Shown here one piece after another: positions 41,610 through 56,195 of a stretch of 64,000 nucleotides of DNA. The DNA is from Eledone cirrhosa (lineage: Eukaryota). The notes below the pieces were generated by a model that did not search any database, was not told the origin of the DNA, and saw only the letters and a list, made by a program, of their open reading frames with translations. Positions within the stretch are counted from its first letter, which is position 1, and the number at the start of each line of letters is the position of its first letter. The stretch is taken from the NCBI GenBank assembly GCA_964016885.1, contig CAXHJY010001108.1, positions 91,635 through 155,634 of the forward strand, in the 5' to 3' direction. The position numbers were made by a program, and so were the translations under genes.

Positions 41610-41612
<3 letters not shown>
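41423..41612. mobile_element. Family E fold-back built from two hammerhead 3' halves
   Basis: gccgtc-GAAA-cggc ttgagctct gccg-TC-gggg on both strands; also at 42953-43137 and 53293-53442. Confidence 0.75.
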
Positions 41613-41648
<36 letters not shown>

Positions 41649-41653
41649 TTATA

Positions 41654-41800
<147 letters not shown>

Positions 41801-42632
41801 AGGAGCAGGAACGAAATATCAGTATAACATCATTATGATTATTCACAGGCAACGCACGTTTCGCGAATCGATTAGCTCAATGTACGTTCGATCTCACTGC
41901 GCACACATTAGATAAATGTTTTCTACGATCGATTTAGGCTGACCAAATGCCTTCTCAGCGGAATTTGTTTGATGGATCATGTACAGTATTTATGCATGTA
42001 TGTGTGTGTCTTTATATATGTCTTCTTGATTGGGCTTAAAGTTTATTTTGACCTCAGTAGCAGAATTTGTTCATCTCACCATTTTTTACGTATTCATTCT
42101 CTCTTTATATTCCACGAAATTCTTACAGATGGTCACGATATGTGAGGCGATAAAAATCTGCATTTTATGAAGTAAGGAATTTCTTCTTCAAGAATCAAAG
42201 CTCAGTCATAATCACTTTGTGGCGGAGGTGAAATTGTATTTTAGTACTAGATTTATAAAATCCTCACCAGTCTATGGTTAACCCCCTCTGATATCCGAAC
42301 AACATAAACCGGGTCCTCCTGCACCAAACCATAACCCGCCGGATGATGGGATGCATAATTAAACATCTGTACACCAACTATGTCTCTTAGATCCGGCCCG
42401 ACTAAGCAGTAGTAAATTGGCACCCATAAAATAGTAGTGAGAAAATCTTCATGTGAACGGATAATAAGCCATTTAGGGACACTTATTCAAACACCGGTCA
42501 GAGTTACTCCCCTTGCTCTGTGATGCAAACAGCTATGTCTGTTTGAATTTAAACATGAACTTCGATGTTCGATGTGGTTATCATCTTAAAACCCCTTCTA
42601 GGTTTTATATTTAACACACTCTAGATTTGTAT

Positions 42633-42672
42633 GCCCTTGAGAAGCCTTTTCGGGCGAAACGTACGTAGGTGC
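42633..42672 (+). ncRNA. Type I hammerhead, U3:A8 variant
   Basis: gccc-TTGAGAA-gcct tttc gggc-GAAA-cgtacg-TA-ggtgc. Confidence 0.75.
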
Positions 42673-42834
42673 TTATTGTATAAACATATTCTAACAGTCT
42701 GTATTCTCTTTCATATTTCTTTCATTTGTAACCGCTCTGCTTATATTGTATTGAGCACAAATGCACCAGCTTATGGCAACTAGCCTTATGTAGCGCTTAT
42801 CCCTTTAAACCTTCTACTCTCTCAAGATACTAAA

Positions 42835-43170
<336 letters not shown>

Positions 43171-43244
43171 AATGGAACGCTTCTATTTCTGTAGAGGACA
43201 ATTTTGATATAATAAAAATATATGGTTGTGTGTCTATATATATA

Positions 43245-43576
43245 TAGAAAAAAAGATGAAATCGAAAATGCAACTGGAGTCTTATTTTTAAAATAATATA
43301 TATATTTATTTGGTTCCTTTACCGGTTTCGCAGTTCTTTTGCTTTTCAAAAGTAGAGTTGAGATGGGGGGTCTGTGGTTTTTCTCATGTAAGAAAAACCA
43401 CAGACCCTCCATCTCAACTCTACTTTTGAAAAGCAGAAGAACTGCGAAACCAAATAAATATATATATATTTTTTTAAATAAGACTCCAGTTGCATTTTCG
43501 ATTTCATCCTTTTTCTTTATACTTTCACTCGTGTAGGACACCTGGGTTATTTTTCATTTTGTAAAAAAAACCTCAC

Positions 43577-43585
<9 letters not shown>
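43245..43585. mobile_element. Head-to-head inverted pair of family C
   Basis: Arms meet at TTTTTCTCATGTAAGAAAAA (~43385); minus-strand hammerhead at 43316-43353; the plus copy has lost stem III. Confidence 0.8.
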
Positions 43586-43609
<24 letters not shown>

Positions 43610-43667
43610 CAAATGGAACGCTTCTATTTCTGTAGAAGACAATTTTAATATAATAAAAATATATGGT

Positions 43668-43720
<53 letters not shown>

Positions 43721-45848
43721 ACACAACCATATATTTTTATTATATTAAAATTGTCCTCTACAGAAATAGAACTGTTCAATTCGTATATATATATATACAA
43801 AGACACGAACACATATATAACTTACAACAACAACAAAAAAGAAAGACGTCAAAAGTAGTTTAAAGTTAATTAGTGTGTAAACATTAATATTAACGTATAA
43901 GCTCAGTAGCTTATAACGAGTTTTGTTTGGACAATAATAACTTTTGAGTCATTGCATAGCTGATATGAGAAGTGATTTCTTGTTTGATATGTATAGACCT
44001 GTTCTAGTCAATGCCCTTCCTTTGTCACACAATTATGGTCTTCAGCTGGTCTGGGAAACCAGTAGTCAAAAAAGAAGCCGGTTCCAGGTAAACGAAAGAC
44101 AGGACTGGCGAAGAAACAAGAGTGACTTGGGTGTGTATGTGTGTGCGCAACCCAACGTATACAAATACTGTTTATATATATATACGGTATTTGTATACGT
44201 TGGGTTGCGCACACACATACGCGGTGTGAATATATATATATATACTTATATACACGTGTATACATTTAGTAATATATATATATATCTAGGGAGTGTAACT
44301 TGGAGTTACTGCAGGTTCACTTGGGAGAGCACTCGATGTTTAGGTTCACTTCTGTGTTGAGGTGTAGAGCTATACAGAGTGTATTATATTGAAAGGATAA
44401 CAAGGATGATTGGTTACTCCTTCATTACATTTATTGACGCGCGTTTCGCCACTGATTAGCTCAAGGTTCGATCTGTATCGATCTTACCCGACTCTATAAT
44501 CGGCAGCTCGACGGACCCCTTAAAATGCTAATAGAAAATGAATACATGCTATATGATAATGTCAGAAGTTCATATGTTGGTCAATATGAATTGTTTTGAT
44601 TGGTGGAATAGATCATAGGGATGTTTTCGCCTGTAGTGTATGTGGGGGTGGATGTGATGATAAGTTGGTGGTGACGGTCGCTGGCTGAGTGGGGGCTGAG
44701 GTTTGAGGATGGTGGATTGTCGGTAGACAGATTGGCGTGTATCTGTGGCTGATTATTGTGTGTGCTGTGGGTGTGGTGTTGTTGTTTATGGTAATGGTGT
44801 TTATGGTGGTGTGGTGGATGTGTTGGTGGTGCCAATACAATGAGGAGATACACACCTAGACACACTTAGTGTGACATAATCGTTGTATACATACACATGC
44901 GTATATACACACTGACATATATACACATACACACATATATGCACACACATACATACACATATATATATTTATATATACACACATATATACATGTGCGTGT
45001 GTATATATATATAGAGGGGGCGTATGGAGTGTCAGTGGGAATGGCGTAGTACATAGATAGAGGGAGGGGGAGAGCCAATGGAGATGGCGTTGTACATATA
45101 AATATACTTACACACAGACACACACACTTGCGTTGCTTAGGGAGGGAAGGTATGTGTTGGCGATGTTAATGATGCTAATGATTGTTGAGGTATGGAGATG
45201 TGCCTTGTGGTGGCGGTGGAGGTGTTGTGAGCGACACAAAATATACAGGATCGAATTATACGATGGGTTACAGGTTAAAAAGTGACATAGGGAACACGCG
45301 GGAAAAAAAAGTTTGTGAACATATAGTGATGTGTGTGGACATGGTGGTGGTCGCGATATATTTACATCATCAGATGTTACGGTAGTTTACAGGGTAAAGC
45401 TGACAGAGATGGCAGATATAACACAGTGGTTCTGGGAGTGAGGGTAGATATGTGTTGGTGATGTTAATGATGTTAATGATTGTTGAAGTATCGAGCTGTA
45501 TCTAGTGATGGCGGTGGTGGTGTGTGCGACAGTACATTTACAGGATCGAAATTTACGAGGGATTGTAGGTTAAAACAGACAGAGGGAACATGGGGGAACA
45601 AGGTTGCGGGTGTGGGATGGTAGACATATAGCGATGTGTGCGGTGGTGGTGGTGGTGCTGGTGGTGCCGATGGGGTGATATGATCGACATTATATTTACA
45701 GGATCGGATGTTACTAGGGATTACAAGGTAAAACCTGACAGAGAGGAGATAGAACACAATATTACAAAGATGAGGGGTGTATGGCGATGTGTCTTTTGGT
45801 TGGGGTGATGGATGCGGCATGATATACAAAATATGGGCTTACAAAGGG

Positions 45849-46275
45849 TTACATGTTATAAAACAAATGCACTGAGATGAGGGACGGGGAGACAGAGCAA
45901 AGGTGGTTAATATTATGTTGGGCCATGGTTAGTGTGAGGCCGAATGTTTGTGCAGAAAATGTGTTCAACCTGGTGTGTCTACAATTGATAATTATGTCCG
46001 ACCTACAGTTTATGGCAGATTTTAATTTAATTATTTCAGCCGCCTCGGCCAGGCATAACCTGCAGTGGTTTCTGTCACTGGGGAGTTGGGCCACGCGTCT
46101 TTAGACTGACCATGTTCCTGTCCTTGAGGTCCCAGATCAAATCGGCCAGTCTAGTTTGGGATCGTTTCAGCCTATGTTTAAAGGAGCTTCTATGGTTATA
46201 CCAGCGCTCCTTAAACGTAGCGGAGGTTAAACCTATATATGAATACTCTTTATTGCCAACTGTGACATCACACCG
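45849..46275 (-). pseudogene. GIY-YIG endonuclease C-terminal part (Penelope-like), frameshifted
   Basis: YSYIGLTSATFKERWYNHRSSFK...LADLIWDLK, then CRLCLAEAAEII...INCRSDIIINCRH; parallels the domain in 57518-58528. Confidence 0.85.
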
Positions 46276-46515
46276 GCCACAATCAGCCACAAATATACGC
46301 CAATCTGTCTACCGACAATCCACCATCCTCAAACCACAGCCCATCTCAGCCAGCGACCGTCACCACCAACTTATCATCACATCCACCCCCACATACACTA
46401 CAGGCGAAAACATCCCTATGATCTATTCCACCAATCAAAACAATTCATATTGACCAACATATGAACTTCTGACATTATCATATAGCATGTATTCATTTTC
46501 TACTAGCATTTTAAA

Positions 46516-46602
46516 GGGTCCGTCGAGCTGCCGATTATAGAGTCGGGTAAGATCGATACAGATCGAACCTTGAGCTGATCAGTGGCGAAACGCGCGTCAC
46601 CT
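46516..46602 (+). ncRNA. Type I hammerhead with variant core CCGUCGA
   Basis: gggt-CCGTCGA-gctgccgatta..tgatcagtggc-GAAA-cgcgcg-TC-acct, then AATAAA; sister copy at 44436-44518 (-). Confidence 0.7.
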
Positions 46603-46937
46603 ACCAATAAATGTAATGAAGGTGTAACCAATCGTCCTTGTTATCCTTTCATTATATATATGCGATATAAATTTCAGTAAGTTATATTTTTTGTGTTTTT
46701 TCTTATTGCGTGTGTATTTTATCGCCACTATACTCTATACTCTTCCTTCAGCACAAACTGTACACACGACATAAGTTTATGTACAGCAAGCTGGGTGCAT
46801 GATTGTATTTATTTAACAAATTGTGATCTATAGCGTTTTTGCTTAAAGTGTTATGCCAAACATTAGTTGAACTGTGTTTCTGATAGCAATAGTAAAAAGG
46901 GGACTAAGATGTAACTCTATATGTGTATATATATATA

Positions 46938-46989
<52 letters not shown>

Positions 46990-47121
46990 ACTATATATGA
47001 AGATATATATATAAGACTATATATATATGAATATATATATATATATAAGACTATATATATATATATGAATATATATATACAGTATGTATATATATATATA
47101 TATATATATTTATATTGGGCA

Positions 47122-47245
47122 TCCACTGATGAGTTTATAAGAGCCCGCTTGTGTATAAAACTAAGTATTATGTACAAGTTTCTACATAACCTGGAAATTA
47201 TTCATCCCAATTTGTAGGAATCTTATAACGAAACGGCCGTCTGGA
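47122..47245 (+). ncRNA. Type I hammerhead with ~97-nt extended stem II
   Basis: tcca-CTGATGA-gtttataaga...tcttataac-GAAA-cggccg-TC-tgga. Confidence 0.85.
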
Positions 47246-47423
47246 AGGAAAGAGATATTTATTTAATAATGTCTCATAAAATAATACAACCAATTTTCCA
47301 CGAAATACTGATTAGTTAGCACCCCAAACACTAAATTGGGATAACAGTTAAGTATATCCTAATGTTTGTTGAGTGAGTTGGAATTGGTTGGAGTATCACT
47401 TAAGGCTTTCTCTGTTTATGTAT

Positions 47424-47454
<31 letters not shown>

Positions 47455-48399
47455 ATTTAATGAACTTGTATATATATATATATAAAACATGAGAAGAAAG
47501 AAGAATACTGCGTGGTTTGCACATGGGTTACATATGATAAAAATAGTCCTTCGTCAGTGATTTTCCAACCTTCATTGGTATTTCATCTCATTAAAAATCA
47601 GATACCTCAGGTTGGTGCGAGCAATAACTAAAAAAGTTATTGGGACAAGTAATTCGCGTAAAGCGAGGGGGACAAGTAAACAACATAGAAGGATAAAAGC
47701 AAACCGAAGATAGGAAAATAAACAAGCAACATGGTTGTCCGGTCAGCATAAACTGGGTGGATTTCATGAGCGGGAGAGGTACAGACCGTTCGATGTGTGT
47801 GAGATGTAAGCAAGAAGAGACCCATACAAGCCAAACGGGAGGAAGTGAGAAGGGGAGAAACAGAGAGTGAGTGAGTGGAAGTGTGAGGAATAGGTCAGTC
47901 GAGAGAAAGTGTAACACTAACAGAGGGGGCGAAAGAAGGTGAGAGAAACAGAGAGAGCGGGGTAGCAGTAAGAGAGAAACAGACAAACGCAGCCGATATA
48001 TATATATATAGTAATAATAATAAATTTGAAGACTAAAATCCAAAGAGAGCTCGATAATGATAAATATATATCAAATATATAAGAACCCTAGAGCAAATAT
48101 TTATTAAAATAACAGATTAAAGTTTAAGCAAAGAATCGCTACTTTCTCCCTTAACGAGATCTTCTGAAACGTGTGCGCGTGTTTAAGTGTATGAGCATGT
48201 ATACGCATGCACGGCGTGTATTTTCACGTATGCACGTGTATGTACGTATATAGATGTGTGTATGTATATATTTAATTATTATTACTTTTATGATTTCAAT
48301 AACCTCTGTCATTTTCGTTCAACTAATTTATTTACATTATTCTTAACTCCGAAGCCGAGAATCATTCACACTCTACTATCCCAAGTATGGAGTATTCTG

Positions 48400-48690
48400 T
48401 TAAATAATGATTATGAACAACAGAACAGACACCACGCACCCTTCGCAGAGTCCTCCACCCACATTGATTTGTTGCGACTTAGTACTGTTTAGCTGAACAC
48501 AAATAATAATGCATTCGCATAGAGACACCAGGGCAACAAGAAGTTGTCCATCGATCCTATACTCCTGCAGAACCTTCCACAATAGGCCCCGTGCAACGCG
48601 GTCATATGCCTTTTTGAGATCTATGAAACAGGTACAGACATCTTGGCAATATTCACACGACTTCTCGAAGACCTGCTGCATGACGGTGTC
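48400..48690 (-). pseudogene. LINE (RTE-like) reverse transcriptase fragment
   Basis: QQVFEKSCEYCQDVCTCFIDLKKAYDRVARGLLWKVLQEY...GLCEGCVVSVLLFII. Confidence 0.8.
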
Positions 48691-50437
48691 GTTGAACCTT
48701 CGTCGGTTCCAACGATGAGTGTTTCAGTGTTTTTAATAATGGAATAGTCTACTCGGGAAATTAACTTGCAACAAGTGACTGAGCACACCATGGAGACATT
48801 TACCATTAGTGTAGTTCTCATGGAGATTTAGCTGAATACAATGTGTGAAATGTTCGGTCTTTCAAATTGCAGGTACAACTCAATTTTGCTTGTTGGGTAG
48901 ACTGCAGCGATGTGAAAATGTATCTTGTAAGAATACACGTCGGGAATCCTACTCATGACTTTACGATCAAGAGCTGAGACCCCTAACCACTAAGTTACGC
49001 GGCTTGGCGTTAACACGGCGATAGCTACGTTTCAAATGGCATGGAGTTCCTCCAACTACCATTACTATCACCAGCACCCCCACAACTAATACTTCTGCTA
49101 CTGCCACCGCTACCGTCACCACTACTATCACTAATTTGACATTTATTCTTTAGTCATCAAGTTTTTACCTCTGCAGCTGTTGTTCTGTAAGACATGGTCT
49201 AAAAACTGCTTGACAGTGTTAGTCATTCATAATTACATTACTTTTCTGTATGACAAATAATAATTTCTTTCGATTTGTTGGAAGGATTATTATATAATGA
49301 CAGCTAGGGACTATAGTAGATTGAATCGATGTTACTAACTTACCAGTATTCTAGAAGCAAAAGCCAGCTGGTCGTATTCACTGTCTATAGATGGCCTCAG
49401 AGACTGGTGCGAGGAAGTTAACTTTTCCTCCAACGGGAGACTTGACTTAATTACTTGCAACAAAGTAGAAACTGCTAACATGGACCTAAAGGGTAACTAT
49501 TAGTTTGAAACTGAGTGATAGATTATATCAACCACCAAAGAAAAAGAATTGTCACTTCGACGGCTTTTCGCAAAGTATCCCTTCACAAGGCTTGGTAGGT
49601 CAATTGAACGCTGTGCCAGTTGCCAATGATTGAGATATAATACAAAACCACGTTGTCGTTAAGTAAACATAACTACACAATCATACATATGCCGAGATAC
49701 AATTCACAACTATAAACGATAAGTTAAGTTTAAAGTTAGTCTGTTCAAAGTCCAGAGGCTCATCAGGCTAGAACTTATCCTACTTTCATTGGTGTTAAGC
49801 GATTACGTGTACAAGAGTGCGATGGATGAGACGCCAGTCAACCGAAGGTTTAATCCCCAGTTACTATTGATACTAATAATTGACTCATACCCTATGCAGT
49901 TGTTGCTGTTGCTTGTAGTTGTAGTGTATATGGTGGCGGTGCTGTTTAATCGAAAATCAATTGCAACATAACGAAGTGAACAGATGTTATAGTAGTAGCC
50001 GATAAATCAAGCTTTTAAAACATTGATGACATTCTTCAGATTATACGGCAACAAAAATCTAATACGTATCGTTAATGTAATCTGATCTCTATTTTATGTC
50101 AATACTGTGATCATGCACAATCGATAATTTCATTTAGGAAAATCATGATATTTTAAATATCTCGTAACTGATTATATATATATTACTCTATTACTCTATC
50201 AGGTGTTCCAGCCAACAGACTGCGGCCATGCTGGGGCATCACCTTATATATATATATATCCAAAATTAAATTAAGGGTGTCATGTCCGAGAGATATGCGC
50301 CATATCCACTGTAGAATATGCTCAAAGATTCCAATGAATAGATCCGAGCATTTTATATCAACTATAAATTTATCCATATATGTCAATCAATTTCTAGTTG
50401 ATATATATATATATATCAAATTATAAATTTCACTTAC

Positions 50438-50553
50438 TTTGAAATGGTCAAGCGAATCTAAGACCTGGTCATATGACTGTTTCGAAAAAACGCATGCTGC
50501 TGAAAGTATATCCAGTACTTTTCTCTTCTTCGCCACATCTTTGTCCGCTAATC
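50438..50553 (-). CDS. INF2: Internal exon of an inverted formin-2-like gene (N-terminal DID/FH3 armadillo region)
   Basis: (G)LADKDVAKKRKVLDILSAACVFSKQSYDQVLDSLDHFK resembles vertebrate INF2 ..[31 protein letters not shown] (recalled from memory); pyrimidine tract + TAG acceptor, GTAAGT donor; 116 nt, phase 1 to phase 0. Confidence 0.8.
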
Positions 50554-51125
50554 CTATAAAAAAATAAAAGAATACAAAATTGATAATAGTATAAATAATA
50601 GGATAAACAAAACAAAACAAAACACCCAATCATTAAAATTATAAAACGATATAACGAAATAACAATTATATATGTATATATATATATAGAGAGAGATTTA
50701 TTTTTTTCGTCGTTTTGGAAGCCTCAACAATGCAGATGGGTAACATATATATACATATATACAGTTATCCCCCGGTATTCGCGGGGATTACGTTCCTAGA
50801 GTACCCGTGAAGAGTGAAAAAAGGCGTTTTATAGAACACGTCTATAAAAATGCTTATATTACATAAAATATAATTAAAAAAGAGGGAATGTCTTATGCAA
50901 AGAGAGAGAGAGAGAGAGAAAGAAAGATCGATATCCTGTAATTTTGATCTCGTTCTTTACGATTTGCTCTACAAATTCATTTGGAGCATACGCATAGGAT
51001 TATTTGTAAGACAGCATTCCCAGCCAGAAGCCTAAGCTATGAAAATAGCGTAATTATTGTGTCGACAGATTAACATATGAAAACGTTAAAGTGTTTTATA
51101 TATATATATATATATATATTTATAT

Positions 51126-51159
<34 letters not shown>

Positions 51160-51327
51160 AACTGCATAAGTAATACTCAGTCGTGTTTCTATGGTCGGGG
51201 AGAGGTATTTGAAAATATTAAAACAAGCTTATATTCTGGATTAAAATGATATACTCGTATATACATCTCTACTTCGAATGATATCTTCGTGATTCTCCTT
51301 TTCCGTTGTATTTCCTTCATAGGCACC

Positions 51328-51417
<90 letters not shown>

Positions 51418-52334
51418 CAGAGACCTCTATTTTAACGAGGAAACACATACAAGTATGCGGTGATAGTTATGTTATAACGTGTATACGCCTAAATATATGT
51501 CCATATTTGTTATAACTATGTTCAATCTCATGTGTGTTCTAAAGTATTGTCGCCACCCGAAATGTATATGGCTTGATACTATGCCCCATGATTTCGCTAA
51601 GGGTTTTAGGGATTCATATAGTTGTGAGCACCCTGTCGACCCGTACCCTTCCCTTGATCCAGCGGAACATCTTAGATATAACAGATGCAAGGAGAGATGA
51701 CTGCACCGAAAAGTACAGTGGACCTCGGTGGGATTCGAACTCAGAACACAGAAACCTAGAACAAACACCCAACGCTCAAATTAATCTGCCTACCTATCAT
51801 CTTTATATTGAATAACTGTAAAAGAAAGTACTTTACACATGTTGCAGGTTTAGCTGGCATCCTTGGTGGTGATGTCGTATAGGTGATTGTTTGGGTGTTT
51901 TATCAGGAAAGGTAACAATAAAGGAAGAGTTCTGCCCAAGAACACAAGAGACCACCCGGTCAATGAATCGAACCTACAACTTTATGATCATAAACCCAAC
52001 ACCCTAGACTACACATTTTCATATATTTGATAACCGTGCCAGAAAGAAAAAAAAAGAGAAATGTCGGGGTTGCCTGTATTCAATTATATCAACGAACATT
52101 TTTGTACGTGAGTAGCCATAAATCTGTTCTATGGTGTGTGTATTTATGTATTATATATATGTAAATATGTGATAAATATATGGTTATAAATAATACACAC
52201 ACATACACACATATATGCCTATATATATATGCAAATATACATACATACAGACATACACAGACAGAGACACAGACACAAATCATACACACATATATATATA
52301 TATATACATATATAAATACATACATCCATGCACA

Positions 52335-52429
<95 letters not shown>

Positions 52430-52446
52430 ATGTATGTATCTATATA

Positions 52447-52483
<37 letters not shown>

Positions 52484-53205
52484 ACGTTACAAAAATACAT
52501 AAAATACAGCATATACACAATACAGAAACAGATTTTAAGTAACTTACACATTTATGCTTATGGATATTAAATAATTCGTACGCGTGCCTGTATCACACAC
52601 TCACACTCACACACACTTAAACAAGACACATCTAACACAGACAGGTGCACACGCAATCGACATACAACATAAAACTAGTTAAAACATTTTACTTCCTCAA
52701 CAAGAATAGCTTTTACTGTCAGCAACCTGCTTCTATTCTTTCTTAAGTTCAATAGGAGAGAATGGCGCCACAGTAGCAACTTCCGTGATACTTTTATTCA
52801 CCCTATTGAGACATAATTGCCCTTCTTTGGTTTGTTTTTCTATAAGCAAACAACGGATTTCTTCTTCGAATCGATTAGATCATGGGGTAATTAAACGCAT
52901 AGCCTTGCCCTGCCTTTCAACACTGTTAGCATACACAACATACTTTTCATAAGTTTACATAACGTAACAGACTACACGTTGACACCCACACACCAAAAGA
53001 TTGTCAAAAGAACTTCAACGAAGAGCACACAATTTTACTGTGTGGATTTTTAAGGAGCGGATTGTCTTAGAAAGTAACCCTAAATGAAAGTTTTGCCAGG
53101 AATTCGTGTATATATATTAATAACTCCAGAAAATTGTTTTCAGTTGAGTGCTTCCAATCTACTGTAAAACTCATTCTTTGACATAATCATTGAATATTGT
53201 TTAAC

Positions 53206-53292
<87 letters not shown>

Positions 53293-53296
<4 letters not shown>

Positions 53297-53442
53297 AAAA
53301 TGTTCAAGACCCCGACGGTGGAACTCAAGCCGTTTCGACGGTCCAGAAATAGCCGTCGAAACGGCTTGAGCTCTGCTGTTGGGGTCTTGAAGATTTTCCT
53401 ATTACCCACTCTACTACCCTAAGTATTGAGTCCTCTGGTGCG
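53293..53442. mobile_element. Family E fold-back
   Basis: Homologous to 41423-41612, with the long arm on the plus strand. Confidence 0.75.
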
Positions 53443-53651
53443 TTATATACTTGGGGAGGGTCATATTGTTATAATATTACCAGAAATAATGGTTTCTTTA
53501 TTTCCAGAAATAATAACAGAACACACAAACAAATAACCCAAATAGTGAATGTGTTCTGTTATTATTTCTGGCAATATTATAACAATATGACCCTCCCCAA
53601 GTATAACAATATTTGTTTCGACACACGATTTCATATCAAAAACCTTGCAAA

Positions 53652-53697
<46 letters not shown>

Positions 53698-54231
53698 ATA
53701 TATATACACATCAGCGTTCTGGTTCCGTTAAATTTAGTAGTGTGCCTAAGTAATAAAGTAAAGAAACTGCAAAACCTTGTGTGTCGATGCGAGAGTTGAT
53801 CGATCACACAAAACGAAAGAAATATTTCCTTTTAATTAAAAGCTATTTCCTACACGACGTGCTCCTAGAACTGAGGCTATGGATTATCCTGGAGTCGATA
53901 AAAAAAAAACAAAAAAAAAACTGTTTCAATCGAAAATATGTAGCGATTTGAACCTCATCAAAAATCTGCAGGGTTGTTTCAACCATGATTCTGCCTGTTA
54001 CTCTTTCGCATACCGCCGTCGTTTAGTGAAGTTAGTGGTCACCATTTTGTAGAGAATCAATGTCATTATATTAAACTGAATAAACATGTCCAAAATATGT
54101 AGTTTTCTCTTTCTGTCCATTGAGAGATACGTTACGAAAGATACGTACACAGACATACACTATCAGGGAACCGTCCCGAGAGTGGTATTTATAAAAAGTA
54201 TATTTATATATATGTATATATATATACACAC

Positions 54232-54292
<61 letters not shown>

Positions 54293-54332
54293 AAAGAACA
54301 CAAGAGCGTCTACAACATCAAAAGATTGTTAT

Positions 54333-54381
54333 TGGCTTACAATGTTTCTTCCTTACGTAACCGTAGGATTCGTCAGAGCTA
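54333..54381 (-). ncRNA. Type I hammerhead ribozyme
   Basis: tagct-CTGACGA-atcctacg gtta cgtaaggaa-GAAA-cattg-TA-agcca. Confidence 0.85.
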
Positions 54382-54588
54382 TAAAAGGGGTTTGATTGGT
54401 GTTATGGACTCTACCAACCAAACATTCAAGAACAAAAAGTAAAGAGAGTAAAGAGCAAAAGCAGGGGACGATAAGTCTCATAAGTAGTCTTGGATGGTGT
54501 TGGGATGTTCTTGAGTGATATAGGTAGGTAGTCTTTAGTTAGCATGCTGCCAATCAATTATAATCATACACACAAGGTGGACAGGTTC

Positions 54589-56195
<1,607 letters not shown>

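Larger units (their letters stand above)
44386..46652 (-). mobile_element. 5'-truncated Neptune-type Penelope-like element with inverted terminal repeat
   Basis: GIY-YIG remnant, ~1.5-kb 3' region containing a ~300-bp degenerate tandem duplication (~45140-45760), and terminal repeat 44386-44754 present inverted at 46281-46652. Confidence 0.85.

Noticed and set aside
41846-41960. Minus-strand hammerhead-like remnant related to the 46516 family
   Set aside because: GAAA-cgtgcg-TT and part of stem II are present, but the CUGANGA half is unrecognisable.
47480-47560. CTGACGA...GCAAA on the minus strand
   Set aside because: The helices could not be paired convincingly.
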